From: an uncultured Zetaproteobacteria bacterium
Lineage (GTDB): Bacteria; Pseudomonadota; Zetaproteobacteria; Mariprofundales; Mariprofundaceae
Length of the DNA: 64,000 nt
Direction of reading: 5' to 3'
Assembly: GCA_964422615.1 (NCBI GenBank)
Contig: CAYRBJ010000001.1
Location: 1,025-65,024, forward strand
The position numbers were made by a program, and so were the translations under genes. Shown one piece after another: positions 19,571 to 31,776 of this stretch (position 1 is its first letter; each line of letters begins with the position of its first letter). Below the pieces are notes generated by a model. It ran no database searches. It was given only the letters and a program-made list of their open reading frames with translations, and was not told the DNA's origin.

Positions 19571-20620
19571 TCAGCCGGTCAGGGTCACCGGATCGCCGGT
19601 GCGTTCGTGCACGCGGCCGATGCGGTAGACGGTTTCGCCGGCGTCCTTCAGCAGTTTCTCCGCCCTGCCGGCCTCGGCCTCGGGCAGGATCACGACGAAA
19701 CCGATGCCCATGTTGAAGGTGCGGTAGCGCTCACCCTGCGCCACGTCGGCGAAACCGAGCAGGTAGGCAAACGCAGGCGGCACCGGCCAGTTGGAGACAT
19801 CGACGGTGACGGCAAGTTCCTCGGAAAGGATGCGCTCGAGGTTATCGAACATGCCGCCGCCGGTGATGTGCGAGAAGCCGTGCACCTCGATCCCGCCGGC
19901 CATCAGCGCCTTGACCGCCGGCACGTACAGCCGGGTCGGGGCCAGCACGCCGTCGACCGCCTTGCGCCCATCGGACAGGGTGTCGCGCTCGAGATCGGCA
20001 CCGCCCAGCTCCAGCAGCTTGCGCACCATCGAATAGCCGTTGGAATGCGGGCCACTGGACGCCAGACCCAACAGCACATCGCCGTCCGCGATGTGCGATC
20101 CGTCGATGATCCGGGACCTGTCGACGATGCCGACGGCGAAGCCACCGATATCGTAATGCCCCGGTGCATACATGCCTGGCATCTCGGCCGTCTCGCCGCC
20201 GATCAGCGCGCATGCGCAGGTGCGGCAGGCCTCGGCAATGCCCTCGACCACGCGCACCAGCGTGTCCCCCTTCAGCGCCCCGGTGGCCAGGTAATCGAGA
20301 AAGAACAGCGGCTCCGCCCCCAGTGCGGCGATGTCGTTGACGCACATGGCCACGGCGTCCTGGCCTGCGGCCTCCGGACGGTCGTATTGCTGCAACAAGA
20401 GTAGCTTGGTGCCCACACCATCGGTGCCGGAGACCAGCACCGGCTCCTGCATGGCGGAAAAATCGGCCTTGAACAGGGCCCCGAAGCCGCCGAGCCCGGC
20501 CAGCACCTCCGGACGCATGGTGCCGGAAACCGCTTGCCGGATGCGGCCGACGAAGGCGTTCCCGGAATCGATATCGACGCCGCATTCGGCATAGGTCAGG
20601 CTCTGCTTGCGTGCGTTCAC
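19571..20620 (-). CDS. purM: Phosphoribosylformylglycinamidine cyclo-ligase
   Basis: GLGGFGALF and SGTDGVGTKL motifs. Confidence 0.96.
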   Translation of the reverse strand: MNARKQSLTYAECGVDIDSGNAFVGRIRQAVSGTMRPEVLAGLGGFGALFKADFSAMQEPVLVSGTDGVGTKLLLLQQYDRPEAAGQDAVAMCVNDIAALGAEPLFFLDYLATGALKGDTLVRVVEGIAEACRTCACALIGGETAEMPGMYAPGHYDIGGFAVGIVDRSRIIDGSHIADGDVLLGLASSGPHSNGYSMVRKLLELGGADLERDTLSDGRKAVDGVLAPTRLYVPAVKALMAGGIEVHGFSHITGGGMFDNLERILSEELAVTVDVSNWPVPPAFAYLLGFADVAQGERYRTFNMGIGFVVILPEAEAGRAEKLLKDAGETVYRIGRVHERTGDPVTLTG

Positions 20621-20630
20621 ACGGGGCTCC

Positions 20631-24172
<3,542 letters not shown>

Positions 24173-24216
24173 CGATGTGATCGTATCCGATCGGCCTCCG
24201 TCTGGTTTGGTTCGGA

Positions 24217-25317
24217 TCAAATGCGCATCGGCATGATGACATGACAGGCCTTGTCCGTTCCTGCCTCACGCATCAGTACCGGTGAAAGTTCATCCTTGAT
24301 ATCGAGACGCACCTGATCGTCCTTCATGCTTCCCAGGGCATCGCGCAGATACCTGGCATTGAAGCCGATGGTGACGTCCGGGCCGGTGTGCTCGGCCTCG
24401 ACAAATTCCTCGGCTTGTTCCTGTTCGGTGTTGTGGGCCGAGGCATGAATACCATCTTTCGAGAACGTAATGCGCACGTCGTGCGTAAACTCATTGGCCA
24501 CGATCATGCTGCGCCGCAGCACCTGATCCAGTCGGCTGCGGCTGCATATTACGGCATGGGGGTTGTCCTGGGGAATAACGTCCTGATACACAGGAAAGCG
24601 TGCATCGATCAGTTTGGAATTCAAATGATGCACCCCCGATTCCAGACGAATCTGGCGCTCCCCGAGGGTCAGTGCGATCGGCTCTTCGCTTTCCTCGGCG
24701 ATACGGCGAATCTCCATCACGGCCTTGCGCGGAACAATGCACTGGCTTGTTCCCGGCGATTGCTCAAGACGCGTTTCGCTCATCGCCAGGCGATGGCCAT
24801 CGGTGGCCACCAGACGCAGGATATGATCCCCGTCGACCTCAAACAGGGTACCGGTCAGATACTGCCGCGTTTCATCCTGGGACATGGCAAAGCTGGTCGT
24901 GGCTATCATGTCCGCCAGTTCATGCCCGGGGATGTGAATGGTAATCCCATCGTCTTCCGTCTTCAGATCGGGAAAGTCCTCCGGAGCCAGAACGGAAAGG
25001 CGGAACTTGGCGCGACCACTTTGAATATTCAGAAACCCCTTGTCGATCTGCAATTCCACGTCGCTGTCGGCATCGAGTTCCTTGACGATATCAAACAGCT
25101 TCCGGGCGGAAACCGTCGTTGCACCATCTGCATGGATGGTGGCAGCAATGCGTGTGCGCATCCCAACCTCCAGATCAGTGGCCGTGATGGTCAGCATGCC
25201 GTCGGCTGCATGCAGCAGCACATTGGAAAGAATCGGAACCGTATTCCGTTTTTCAACCACACTTTGGCAACGCTGGACCGCCTGCACGATGGATGGCTTG
25301 GATACGGTGATGTGCAT
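24217..25317 (-). CDS. dnaN: DNA polymerase III beta sliding clamp
   Basis: Typical N-terminus (VEKRNTVPILSNVLL), 366 aa, GGAGGGAG Shine-Dalgarno, and position between dnaA and recF. Confidence 0.97.
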   Translation of the reverse strand: MHITVSKPSIVQAVQRCQSVVEKRNTVPILSNVLLHAADGMLTITATDLEVGMRTRIAATIHADGATTVSARKLFDIVKELDADSDVELQIDKGFLNIQSGRAKFRLSVLAPEDFPDLKTEDDGITIHIPGHELADMIATTSFAMSQDETRQYLTGTLFEVDGDHILRLVATDGHRLAMSETRLEQSPGTSQCIVPRKAVMEIRRIAEESEEPIALTLGERQIRLESGVHHLNSKLIDARFPVYQDVIPQDNPHAVICSRSRLDQVLRRSMIVANEFTHDVRITFSKDGIHASAHNTEQEQAEEFVEAEHTGPDVTIGFNARYLRDALGSMKDDQVRLDIKDELSPVLMREAGTDKACHVIMPMRI

Positions 25318-25579
25318 GCTCCCTCCTCTTGATAGATCGCTTTTAATATCATTTCATTCTAGTTATCACAGTAGGGGTTGTGAATTGTGTGAATATGCCG
25401 GAAGCGAACTAAATATCAAAGGCTTAAGTGGCTGTTGCCTGTGGGTGGACGTCATGTGGACTTGTGGATGATTTGTGTGCAACCGATGCGATGTTCTTTC
25501 TTTGCCGTATGCTGTACAAGCGCTCCCATGTTATCCACAGATGCCTGGACTGTTATCCAAGGTTCTTTCCCATGCGGTA
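25318..25579. other. Candidate oriC / DnaA-box cluster in the dnaA-dnaN spacer
   Basis: Perfect DnaA box TTATCCACA at 25531-25539; TTATCCAAG at 25553-25561; reverse-oriented TCATCCACA at 25463-25471 and AAGTCCACA at 25455-25463. An AT-rich tract (cttttaatatcatttcattctagttatc) lies at about 25340-25367. Confidence 0.5.
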
Positions 25580-26899
25580 CTATGCCCGCAGAATAGTGAG
25601 AACACGTTCGATTTCCTCGTCGAAATCAGTTGATTCCTTACGCATCTTGTTAATTTTTCGGATCGCATGCAGCACGGTGGTGTGATCGCGGCCGCCGAAT
25701 AGTTCTCCGATCTCTGGCAGGGACATGGTGGTCAATTCCTTGCTTGCGTACATGGCAACCTGGCGGGGAAAGGCAATGGTGCGTGTGCGCTTGCTCGAGC
25801 GCATGTCCCGAGGGTTGATGTTGTAGTAACTGGCAACCTTTTTTTGGATCTCCTCGATGGATACGGGGCGGATTTCCTCATGCAGCAGATCACGTAATAC
25901 ATGCCGGGCGAAATCGATGTCGATGCGCTTCCCGGTCAGGGTGGCGTGGGCAGTAAGCCGGGTCAGTGCCCCTTCCAGCTCTCGGACATTATTGGTGATG
26001 CGGGATGCCAGAAGATAGGAAACATCCTTGCCAAGGCTGACACCGGCCAGTTCCGCCTTGCGGGCCAGGATCGCCAAGCGGGTTTCCAGATCCGGGGGCT
26101 GGATATCGGCGACCAGTCCCCAGTTGAAGCGGGAGCGCAGGCGTTCTTCCAGATGACTGATCTCACGCGGACTGCGATCCGAGGTCAGAATGATCTGCTT
26201 GTGAAGCTCGTGCAGGGCATTGAAGGTGTGGAAGAATTCTTCCTGGGTGCTTGATTTTCCGGCGATGAACTGCACGTCATCGATGATCAGTATATCCACG
26301 CGCCGGTACGTGTCTCGAAACTGCTGGGTGGCGTTGTTCTTGATGGCGGAGATCAGTTCATTGGTGAAACGCTCGCTTGTACGGTAAGCGATGCGGTAAT
26401 GTTTCTTTTTGATCAGGGCATTGGCGACGGCGTTGATCAGATGGGTTTTACCCAGGCCGACACCGCCGTGGATATAAAGCGGGTTGTAGGCTTCTCCGGG
26501 CCGCTCCACCACAGCCTGGCATGCAGCATAGCAGAACTCGTTGCTGGAGCCGACGACAAAATTCTCGAAGGTAAATCGAGGGTCGATGTATCCATCGATT
26601 TGATTCGTTTCCTCTAGTTCGGTGGTTTCCGGCACTTGTACGAAGCCGAGGGATGTATCGATCTCATAACTGACGGACGGCTGGCCGCCGAACATATCGG
26701 TGGCGATATCGGCGATCTTTTTTCCATACAGGCTCTTCAGGCCGTCGAGAAAGAAACGGCTTGGTACCGTAAGCAGCAGGGTGGTTCCATCCCATCGGCC
26801 TTTTACCGGCCGGATCCACGCATCGAAACCGGCCGGCGGAATCTCTGTCTGCAGGCGCATGGCCAATGCGGACCAGTCATCATGATTGTTGGGCGTCAT
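25580..26899 (-). CDS. dnaA: Chromosomal replication initiator DnaA
   Basis: Walker A GGVGLGKTHL, IDDVQF, and C-terminal FGGRDHTTVLHA. The start is ATG 26899 (MTPNNHDDW), with an alternative TTG at 26908. Confidence 0.96.
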   Translation of the reverse strand: MTPNNHDDWSALAMRLQTEIPPAGFDAWIRPVKGRWDGTTLLLTVPSRFFLDGLKSLYGKKIADIATDMFGGQPSVSYEIDTSLGFVQVPETTELEETNQIDGYIDPRFTFENFVVGSSNEFCYAACQAVVERPGEAYNPLYIHGGVGLGKTHLINAVANALIKKKHYRIAYRTSERFTNELISAIKNNATQQFRDTYRRVDILIIDDVQFIAGKSSTQEEFFHTFNALHELHKQIILTSDRSPREISHLEERLRSRFNWGLVADIQPPDLETRLAILARKAELAGVSLGKDVSYLLASRITNNVRELEGALTRLTAHATLTGKRIDIDFARHVLRDLLHEEIRPVSIEEIQKKVASYYNINPRDMRSSKRTRTIAFPRQVAMYASKELTTMSLPEIGELFGGRDHTTVLHAIRKINKMRKESTDFDEEIERVLTILRA

Positions 26900-26965
26900 T
26901 GCAGGCAATCATACATGTCTTGCCAATGTCATCCATAGACCTACCACGGTGCCGTAGACCGGCGC

Positions 26966-26993
26966 TTGACTTGAGATATCGCCCATCTATCAT
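26966..26993 (+). promoter_or_regulatory. Sigma70-like promoter for rpmH-rnpA
   Basis: TTGACT (26966-26971), a 16-nt spacer, then TATCAT (26988-26993), about 30 nt upstream of the rpmH ATG. Confidence 0.55.
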
Positions 26994-27023
26994 GCGCGAC
27001 CCCTTTGTTTGCAGGAGAAAACG

Positions 27024-27158
27024 ATGAGCTTCACCTATAAGCCAAGCCGTATCCGTCGCGCTCGCCGCCATGGTTTTCGCGCTCGCATGGCGACCCGCCA
27101 CGGCCGTGCTATCTTGAACCGTCGCCGTGCCAAGGGCCGGAAGCGCCTGTCGGCCTGA
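27024..27158 (+). CDS. rpmH: 50S ribosomal protein L34
   Basis: My own translation gives [44 protein letters not shown]-stop, preceded by AGGAGA. It is too short for the ORF track. Confidence 0.96.
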   Translation: MSFTYKPSRIRRARRHGFRARMATRHGRAILNRRRAKGRKRLSA

Positions 27159-27178
27159 GATATTCCTTTCCTTCATCG

Positions 27179-27499
27179 ATGCGGATCCGCCGCGCGGCGG
27201 ATTTCTTCCATATGCGGAAAGGACGACGACTTCAGATGGATTCCATCCGCTGCATATTTCTTAGCAATGAACTGAACCATGCCCGTCTCGGCATGGCTGT
27301 CTCGCGCAAATATGGAAATGCCGTGCAGCGCAACCGGTTCAAGCGCCAGATCCGTGACACCTTCCGGCAACATGCCATTCGTAGCTTGGGGATCGATCTG
27401 TTGATCGTACCCCTAACAAGTGCCGACGGCATCAAAACGCCCGTTGCGACCGCGCAGGCATTGTTTGAGGAGCTCATGCGAAGGCAGAATCAAGCATGA
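27179..27499 (+). CDS. rnpA: RNase P protein component
   Basis: ARLGMAVSRKYGNAVQRNRFKRQIRD (RNR motif). Conserved rpmH-rnpA-yidD-yidC order. Confidence 0.9.
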   Translation: MRIRRAADFFHMRKGRRLQMDSIRCIFLSNELNHARLGMAVSRKYGNAVQRNRFKRQIRDTFRQHAIRSLGIDLLIVPLTSADGIKTPVATAQALFEELMRRQNQA

Positions 27500-27705
27500 A
27501 GACGATCGCTTTGCTGCTGGTACGATCTTACCAATGGTGCGTATCGCCATTCATCCCCTCCCGCTGTATTTACGAGCCGACCTGTTCCCAATACATGCTT
27601 GAGGCTATCGAACGCTATGGGGTTTTGCGGGGAATGTGGCTAGGATGCCGCCGACTGCTCCGCTGTCACCCATTGGCGAAGGGCGGATACGACCCGCTGC
27701 CTTAG
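27496..27705 (+). CDS. yidD: Membrane protein insertion efficiency factor YidD
   Basis: CIYEPTCSQYMLEAIERYG motif. It overlaps the rnpA stop (ATGA). Confidence 0.93.
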   Translation: MKTIALLLVRSYQWCVSPFIPSRCIYEPTCSQYMLEAIERYGVLRGMWLGCRRLLRCHPLAKGGYDPLP

Positions 27706-27739
27706 CTGCAGGGCGCGTTGAATTGAAGGAGTTCGTGTA

Positions 27740-29368
27740 ATGGATCAACAAAGGAACTTGTTGTTGGCATTTGCTCTGTCGCTGGTGATCCTGCTCGGCT
27801 GGAGCGTGATGTTTCCGAAACCGGCAAAGCACGCGCCTGAAAAGCCGGCGACGGCAACCTCTGACTCCGCGGCAGCACAGAAGCCAAGCTCTGCCGCACC
27901 CGCCGGGCTAAGTCCACCGGCCGGGGTTGCAAACACACATGTTACGGGCGCACCCCCCAAATCATCGGCGTTGTCCGTCAAGCCGGCGTTCCACCTGTCC
28001 AACGATCTGCTCAGCCTGAGCCTGAATGACAGGGGCTGGATCATCGGCGCCTCGCTCAGCAAGTACCGCCAGAGCCTGAAACCCGACTCGCCCCAGGTCG
28101 CCGTACTGTACCTGTCCGCGCATCAGAAACAGGCCGAATATGCCTACAGCGGCGTGCGCGACGGAACGCATTATCTTCAGGCTTCGCCCTTCAAACTGGT
28201 CAAGCAAAACACCTCTGCCGCGCAATCCGTGCTGACCTTGCAAACCACCCTGTCGGATGGGCGCATCTGGGTGCGCACGGTAACCCTGCCCAAAGGCTCT
28301 TATGCGGTACATATCGAGGATCGGATCCGGGGCGGCGGACCCCTGCAGATGTACACCCAGGTTGTTGCACGCTCCCCTGCCAAGAAGGCGTCGCGCTTCT
28401 ACCAGCACGTGGGACCCGTTGTCCTGGTCAACGACAAGCTGCACGAAACCAAGTACAAGGATCTGGATGAGTCGCACTCGGAACAGTACGAGGGGAAGGG
28501 TGGCTGGACCGGCATGACCACCCGTTATTTCATTGCCAGCATCATCGGGAACAAGACCGAAAAGAATTATTATTATTTCAAGGGCAGCGACCATTCCTAC
28601 CAGGCAGGCCTGATCTATGGCGGCAAGGCAGAGAACGGCCAGACCGTGTTCGCATCCGAGCTGTTCCTGGGTCCGAAGTCCATACCGGTGCTGAAGAAGC
28701 TCGGGGTCGGCCTGGAGCGTTCGGTGGATTTCGGCTGGGTTGCCGTCATAGCCAAGCCGATGCATTCGCTACTTGTCTGGTTGCACGAATTCATCCCGAA
28801 CTACGGTTTGTGCATTATTGTGTTGGTGCTGATGATCAAGGCCCTGTTTTTCTATCCGTCGATGAAATCGTACGAATCGATGGCCGGTATGCGCAAGGTC
28901 CAGCCGGAGATGAACCGGTTGAAAGAATTGTACGGCGACGATCGCCAGAAGCTGGGCCAGGAAATGATGGCCCTGTACAAAAAACACAAACTCAATCCGA
29001 TGCGGGGCTGCCTGCCGATCGCGGTGCAGATTCCGGTGTTCTTTTCCCTGTACAGGGTGCTGCTGATGTCCATCGAGATGCGCCAGGCGCCGTTCTTCGG
29101 CTGGATTCACGACCTATCTGTCCAGGATCCCTATTATATTCTGCCGGTGGTGATGGGCGCGTCGATGTTCGTGCAGCAGAAATTGAATCCGCAGCCACCC
29201 GATGCCATGCAGGCCAAGGTGATGCAATTCCTGCCGTTGATTTTTACAGGGATGTTCCTGTTCTTTCCTGCCGGCTTGGTGCTTTACTATGTGTTGAATA
29301 ATCTGCTGTCGATCGCCCAGCAGTATTATGTGATGCGTCGCGTGGGAGTATCGACCCCCAGCCGATGA
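27740..29368 (+). CDS. yidC: Membrane protein insertase YidC
   Basis: N-terminal TM, a large periplasmic domain, and a C-terminal conserved core (MRKVQPEMNRLKELYGDDRQK, PIAVQIPVFFSLY). Confidence 0.96.
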   Translation: MDQQRNLLLAFALSLVILLGWSVMFPKPAKHAPEKPATATSDSAAAQKPSSAAPAGLSPPAGVANTHVTGAPPKSSALSVKPAFHLSNDLLSLSLNDRGWIIGASLSKYRQSLKPDSPQVAVLYLSAHQKQAEYAYSGVRDGTHYLQASPFKLVKQNTSAAQSVLTLQTTLSDGRIWVRTVTLPKGSYAVHIEDRIRGGGPLQMYTQVVARSPAKKASRFYQHVGPVVLVNDKLHETKYKDLDESHSEQYEGKGGWTGMTTRYFIASIIGNKTEKNYYYFKGSDHSYQAGLIYGGKAENGQTVFASELFLGPKSIPVLKKLGVGLERSVDFGWVAVIAKPMHSLLVWLHEFIPNYGLCIIVLVLMIKALFFYPSMKSYESMAGMRKVQPEMNRLKELYGDDRQKLGQEMMALYKKHKLNPMRGCLPIAVQIPVFFSLYRVLLMSIEMRQAPFFGWIHDLSVQDPYYILPVVMGASMFVQQKLNPQPPDAMQAKVMQFLPLIFTGMFLFFPAGLVLYYVLNNLLSIAQQYYVMRRVGVSTPSR

Positions 29369-30681
29369 ACACCGCGACGATCGCTGCCATCGCCACACCG
29401 CCCGGGCGTGGCGGTATCGGCATCGTCCGTCTTTCGGGGCCTTCGGCACGATCCATTGCCATGTCATTGACCGGCTTGTCGACGCTTTCGCCGCGGCATG
29501 CCCATCTGACAGTCTGGCGAGATGCATCCGGAGAGATCATCGATCAGGGCATCACGCTGCATTTTCCTGCTCCGCACTCCTACACCGGCGAGGATGTCGT
29601 GGAGTTGCAGGCGCATGGCAGCCCCGTGTTGTTGCAAGCGCTGCTCGAACGGGTGTTCGCACTCGGGGCGGTCCCTGCCCAGCCGGGAGAGTTCACCAGG
29701 AGGGCCGTGGTCTCCGGAAAAATGGATCTGTCGCAGGCGGAGGCGGTGGCTGCCTGTATCGATGCGGCCACCCTGCGGGCGGCGCGGCAGGCGCAGAGGC
29801 ATCTGCAAGGAGAATTCGGCCGGCAGATCGAGGCGTTGATGCATGAGCTTACCGGGCTGGTCGCCCATGTTGAGGCCTGCCTGGATTTTCCGGAGGAGGA
29901 CATTCCGCAACCCCTGTATGCCACCTTGCGTGAGCGGGCGCAGTCCGCCGTGCTGGAACCAATGCTCGCCATGCTCGCCACGTCCCGTTTCGGAGAAAGG
30001 CTTTTTGACGGAGCGCATGTGGCCATTGTCGGGGCGCCGAATGTCGGAAAGTCCAGCCTGCTGAACCGCCTGGCCGGATACGAACGGGCCATTGTCAGCG
30101 AAGTGGCGGGCACGACCCGCGATGTCGTGGAAATCGACTTTGAGGTGTGCGGCATTCCCGTGCGCCTGCTTGATACCGCCGGTATGCACGATGCCGGCGA
30201 TGCCATCGAGCGGGAAGGGGTGCGCCGGGCGCATTCGGCGGCCAACCGGGCGGATGCGGTGATATTCGTGGCCGACGCCCTCCGCTCGGAGACCTGGGCG
30301 CCTTCCGTGCATCCGGATATGCGGATCATGAACAAGATGGACCTGATGTCCTCCACGGAGATTCCGGACAGCTTTCTGCCGGTCTCGGCGCATACGGGCG
30401 CAGGCATGGAGGCCTTCGAGCATCAATTGGCGCGGCTGCTGGGGGATGCCGACTACAGTGGGGAGTCGCTGCTTGTTACGCGCGAGCGCCATCGGCTATC
30501 CATGGAGGATGCACTGGCTGCGATCCGCAACGGCCTTGCCATGCTCGGAAGCGAAGACCAGCTGGAGCTGGTGGCCCTGGAGTGGCGGCAGGCATGGGCA
30601 TCGATGGGCGAGATCCTCGGCTTGGGCGATATCGATCATATCCTGGACCGCATCTTTTCCGATTTCTGTATCGGGAAATAG
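29365..30681 (+). CDS. mnmE: tRNA modification GTPase MnmE
   Basis: G1 motif GAPNVGKSSLLN, DTAG, and the C-terminal FCIGK. Confidence 0.96.
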   Translation: MNTATIAAIATPPGRGGIGIVRLSGPSARSIAMSLTGLSTLSPRHAHLTVWRDASGEIIDQGITLHFPAPHSYTGEDVVELQAHGSPVLLQALLERVFALGAVPAQPGEFTRRAVVSGKMDLSQAEAVAACIDAATLRAARQAQRHLQGEFGRQIEALMHELTGLVAHVEACLDFPEEDIPQPLYATLRERAQSAVLEPMLAMLATSRFGERLFDGAHVAIVGAPNVGKSSLLNRLAGYERAIVSEVAGTTRDVVEIDFEVCGIPVRLLDTAGMHDAGDAIEREGVRRAHSAANRADAVIFVADALRSETWAPSVHPDMRIMNKMDLMSSTEIPDSFLPVSAHTGAGMEAFEHQLARLLGDADYSGESLLVTRERHRLSMEDALAAIRNGLAMLGSEDQLELVALEWRQAWASMGEILGLGDIDHILDRIFSDFCIGK

Positions 30682-30706
30682 CAAGGATGATGCAACGATC
30701 TTTTTC

Positions 30707-30736
30707 TTGAAAGTATCGCGGCCCCGGCCTCATAAT
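30707..30736 (+). promoter_or_regulatory. Sigma70-like promoter upstream of prk
   Basis: TTGAAA (30707-30712), an 18-nt spacer, then CATAAT (30731-30736). Confidence 0.45.
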
Positions 30737-30824
30737 GTCCGTCCAAAACTGAACAGCAGGCTCATGGGGGAAGCTCGGGAGAACACCCGTTTCGACCCTT
30801 GTGTTTTTTGAAGGGGAGGGGTTC

Positions 30825-31685
30825 ATGTCCGCGAAGCATCCGATCATTTCCATCACCGGCTCTTCCGGTGCCGGTACCAGTACGGCCAAGGTTGCCCTGG
30901 AGCATATCTTTCGCCGTGAACAGGTGAAGCCGGCCATCGTCGAAGGCGATTGCTTCCATCGTTTTGACCGTTACGAATTCCGCGAGAAATCAAAGGAGTT
31001 TGCCGCCGAGGGCAAGCGCCTGAGTCATTTTTCCGATGAGGCGAACCTGTTCGACAAGATCGAGGAGTTGTTCAAATCCTATGGAGAGACCGGCCGAGGC
31101 CAGGCGCGTACCTATGTGCACGATGACAAGGAGGCCGAGCAGTATGGCGTTGAGGCAGGCCGATTTACGCCCTGGCGAGAGGTTGGGGCTGATTCGGACC
31201 TGCTGTTTTACGAAGGGCTGCATGGCGGTATTGAGCAGGCCCGTCCATTCGTGGATCTGATGATGGGCATCGTACCGGTGGTGAATCTGGAATGGATCCA
31301 GAAGATTCATCGTGACACGTCCATGCGCGGATATTCCGCCGAGGCGGTGGTGGACAATATTCTGCACCGCATGCATGACTACGTGCATTTCATCACGCCC
31401 CAGTTCACCTATACGGATATCAATTTCCAGCGCGTACCGCTGGTTGACACATCCAATCCGTTTATCGCCCGCGATGTGCCGACCCCGGATGAAAGCGTGG
31501 TGGTGATCCGTGTGCGGCAGCCCCAGAAGTGGAATATCGATTTCCCATGGTTGGTTTCCATGCTGAAGGATTCCTACATGTCCAGGCGGAACTCCATTGT
31601 GGTGCCGGGCGGCAAGATGATGTTTGCCATGGAATTGGTATTGGCCCCCATCGTGCACGACATGATGGAGCGCAGTCGGCGCTGA
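30825..31685 (+). CDS. prk: Phosphoribulokinase
   Basis: MSAKHPIISITGSSGAGTSTAK...IVEGDCFHRFDR is typical of a bacterial class I PRK. GGGGAGGGG Shine-Dalgarno. Confidence 0.93.
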   Translation: MSAKHPIISITGSSGAGTSTAKVALEHIFRREQVKPAIVEGDCFHRFDRYEFREKSKEFAAEGKRLSHFSDEANLFDKIEELFKSYGETGRGQARTYVHDDKEAEQYGVEAGRFTPWREVGADSDLLFYEGLHGGIEQARPFVDLMMGIVPVVNLEWIQKIHRDTSMRGYSAEAVVDNILHRMHDYVHFITPQFTYTDINFQRVPLVDTSNPFIARDVPTPDESVVVIRVRQPQKWNIDFPWLVSMLKDSYMSRRNSIVVPGGKMMFAMELVLAPIVHDMMERSRR

Positions 31686-31702
31686 GCGATTCTGTCCGTT
31701 GC

Positions 31703-31729
31703 AAGGGGAGGCCACGCGCCTCCCTTTTG
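31703..31729 (+). terminator. Rho-independent terminator after prk
   Basis: GC stem aggggaggc / gcctccc(c)t followed by TTTTGCGTTTG. Confidence 0.65.
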
Positions 31730-31776
31730 CGTTTGTCTAGATTTATGGTCGGCACCCTCGTATCTTTCTGCGCCCT

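Noticed and set aside
26900-27023. rpmH-dnaA spacer as oriC (Pseudomonas-type location)
   Set aside because: The spacer is only 115-124 bp. It is mostly occupied by the rpmH promoter and contains only a poor box (TCATCCATA, two mismatches). The dnaA-dnaN spacer is the better candidate.
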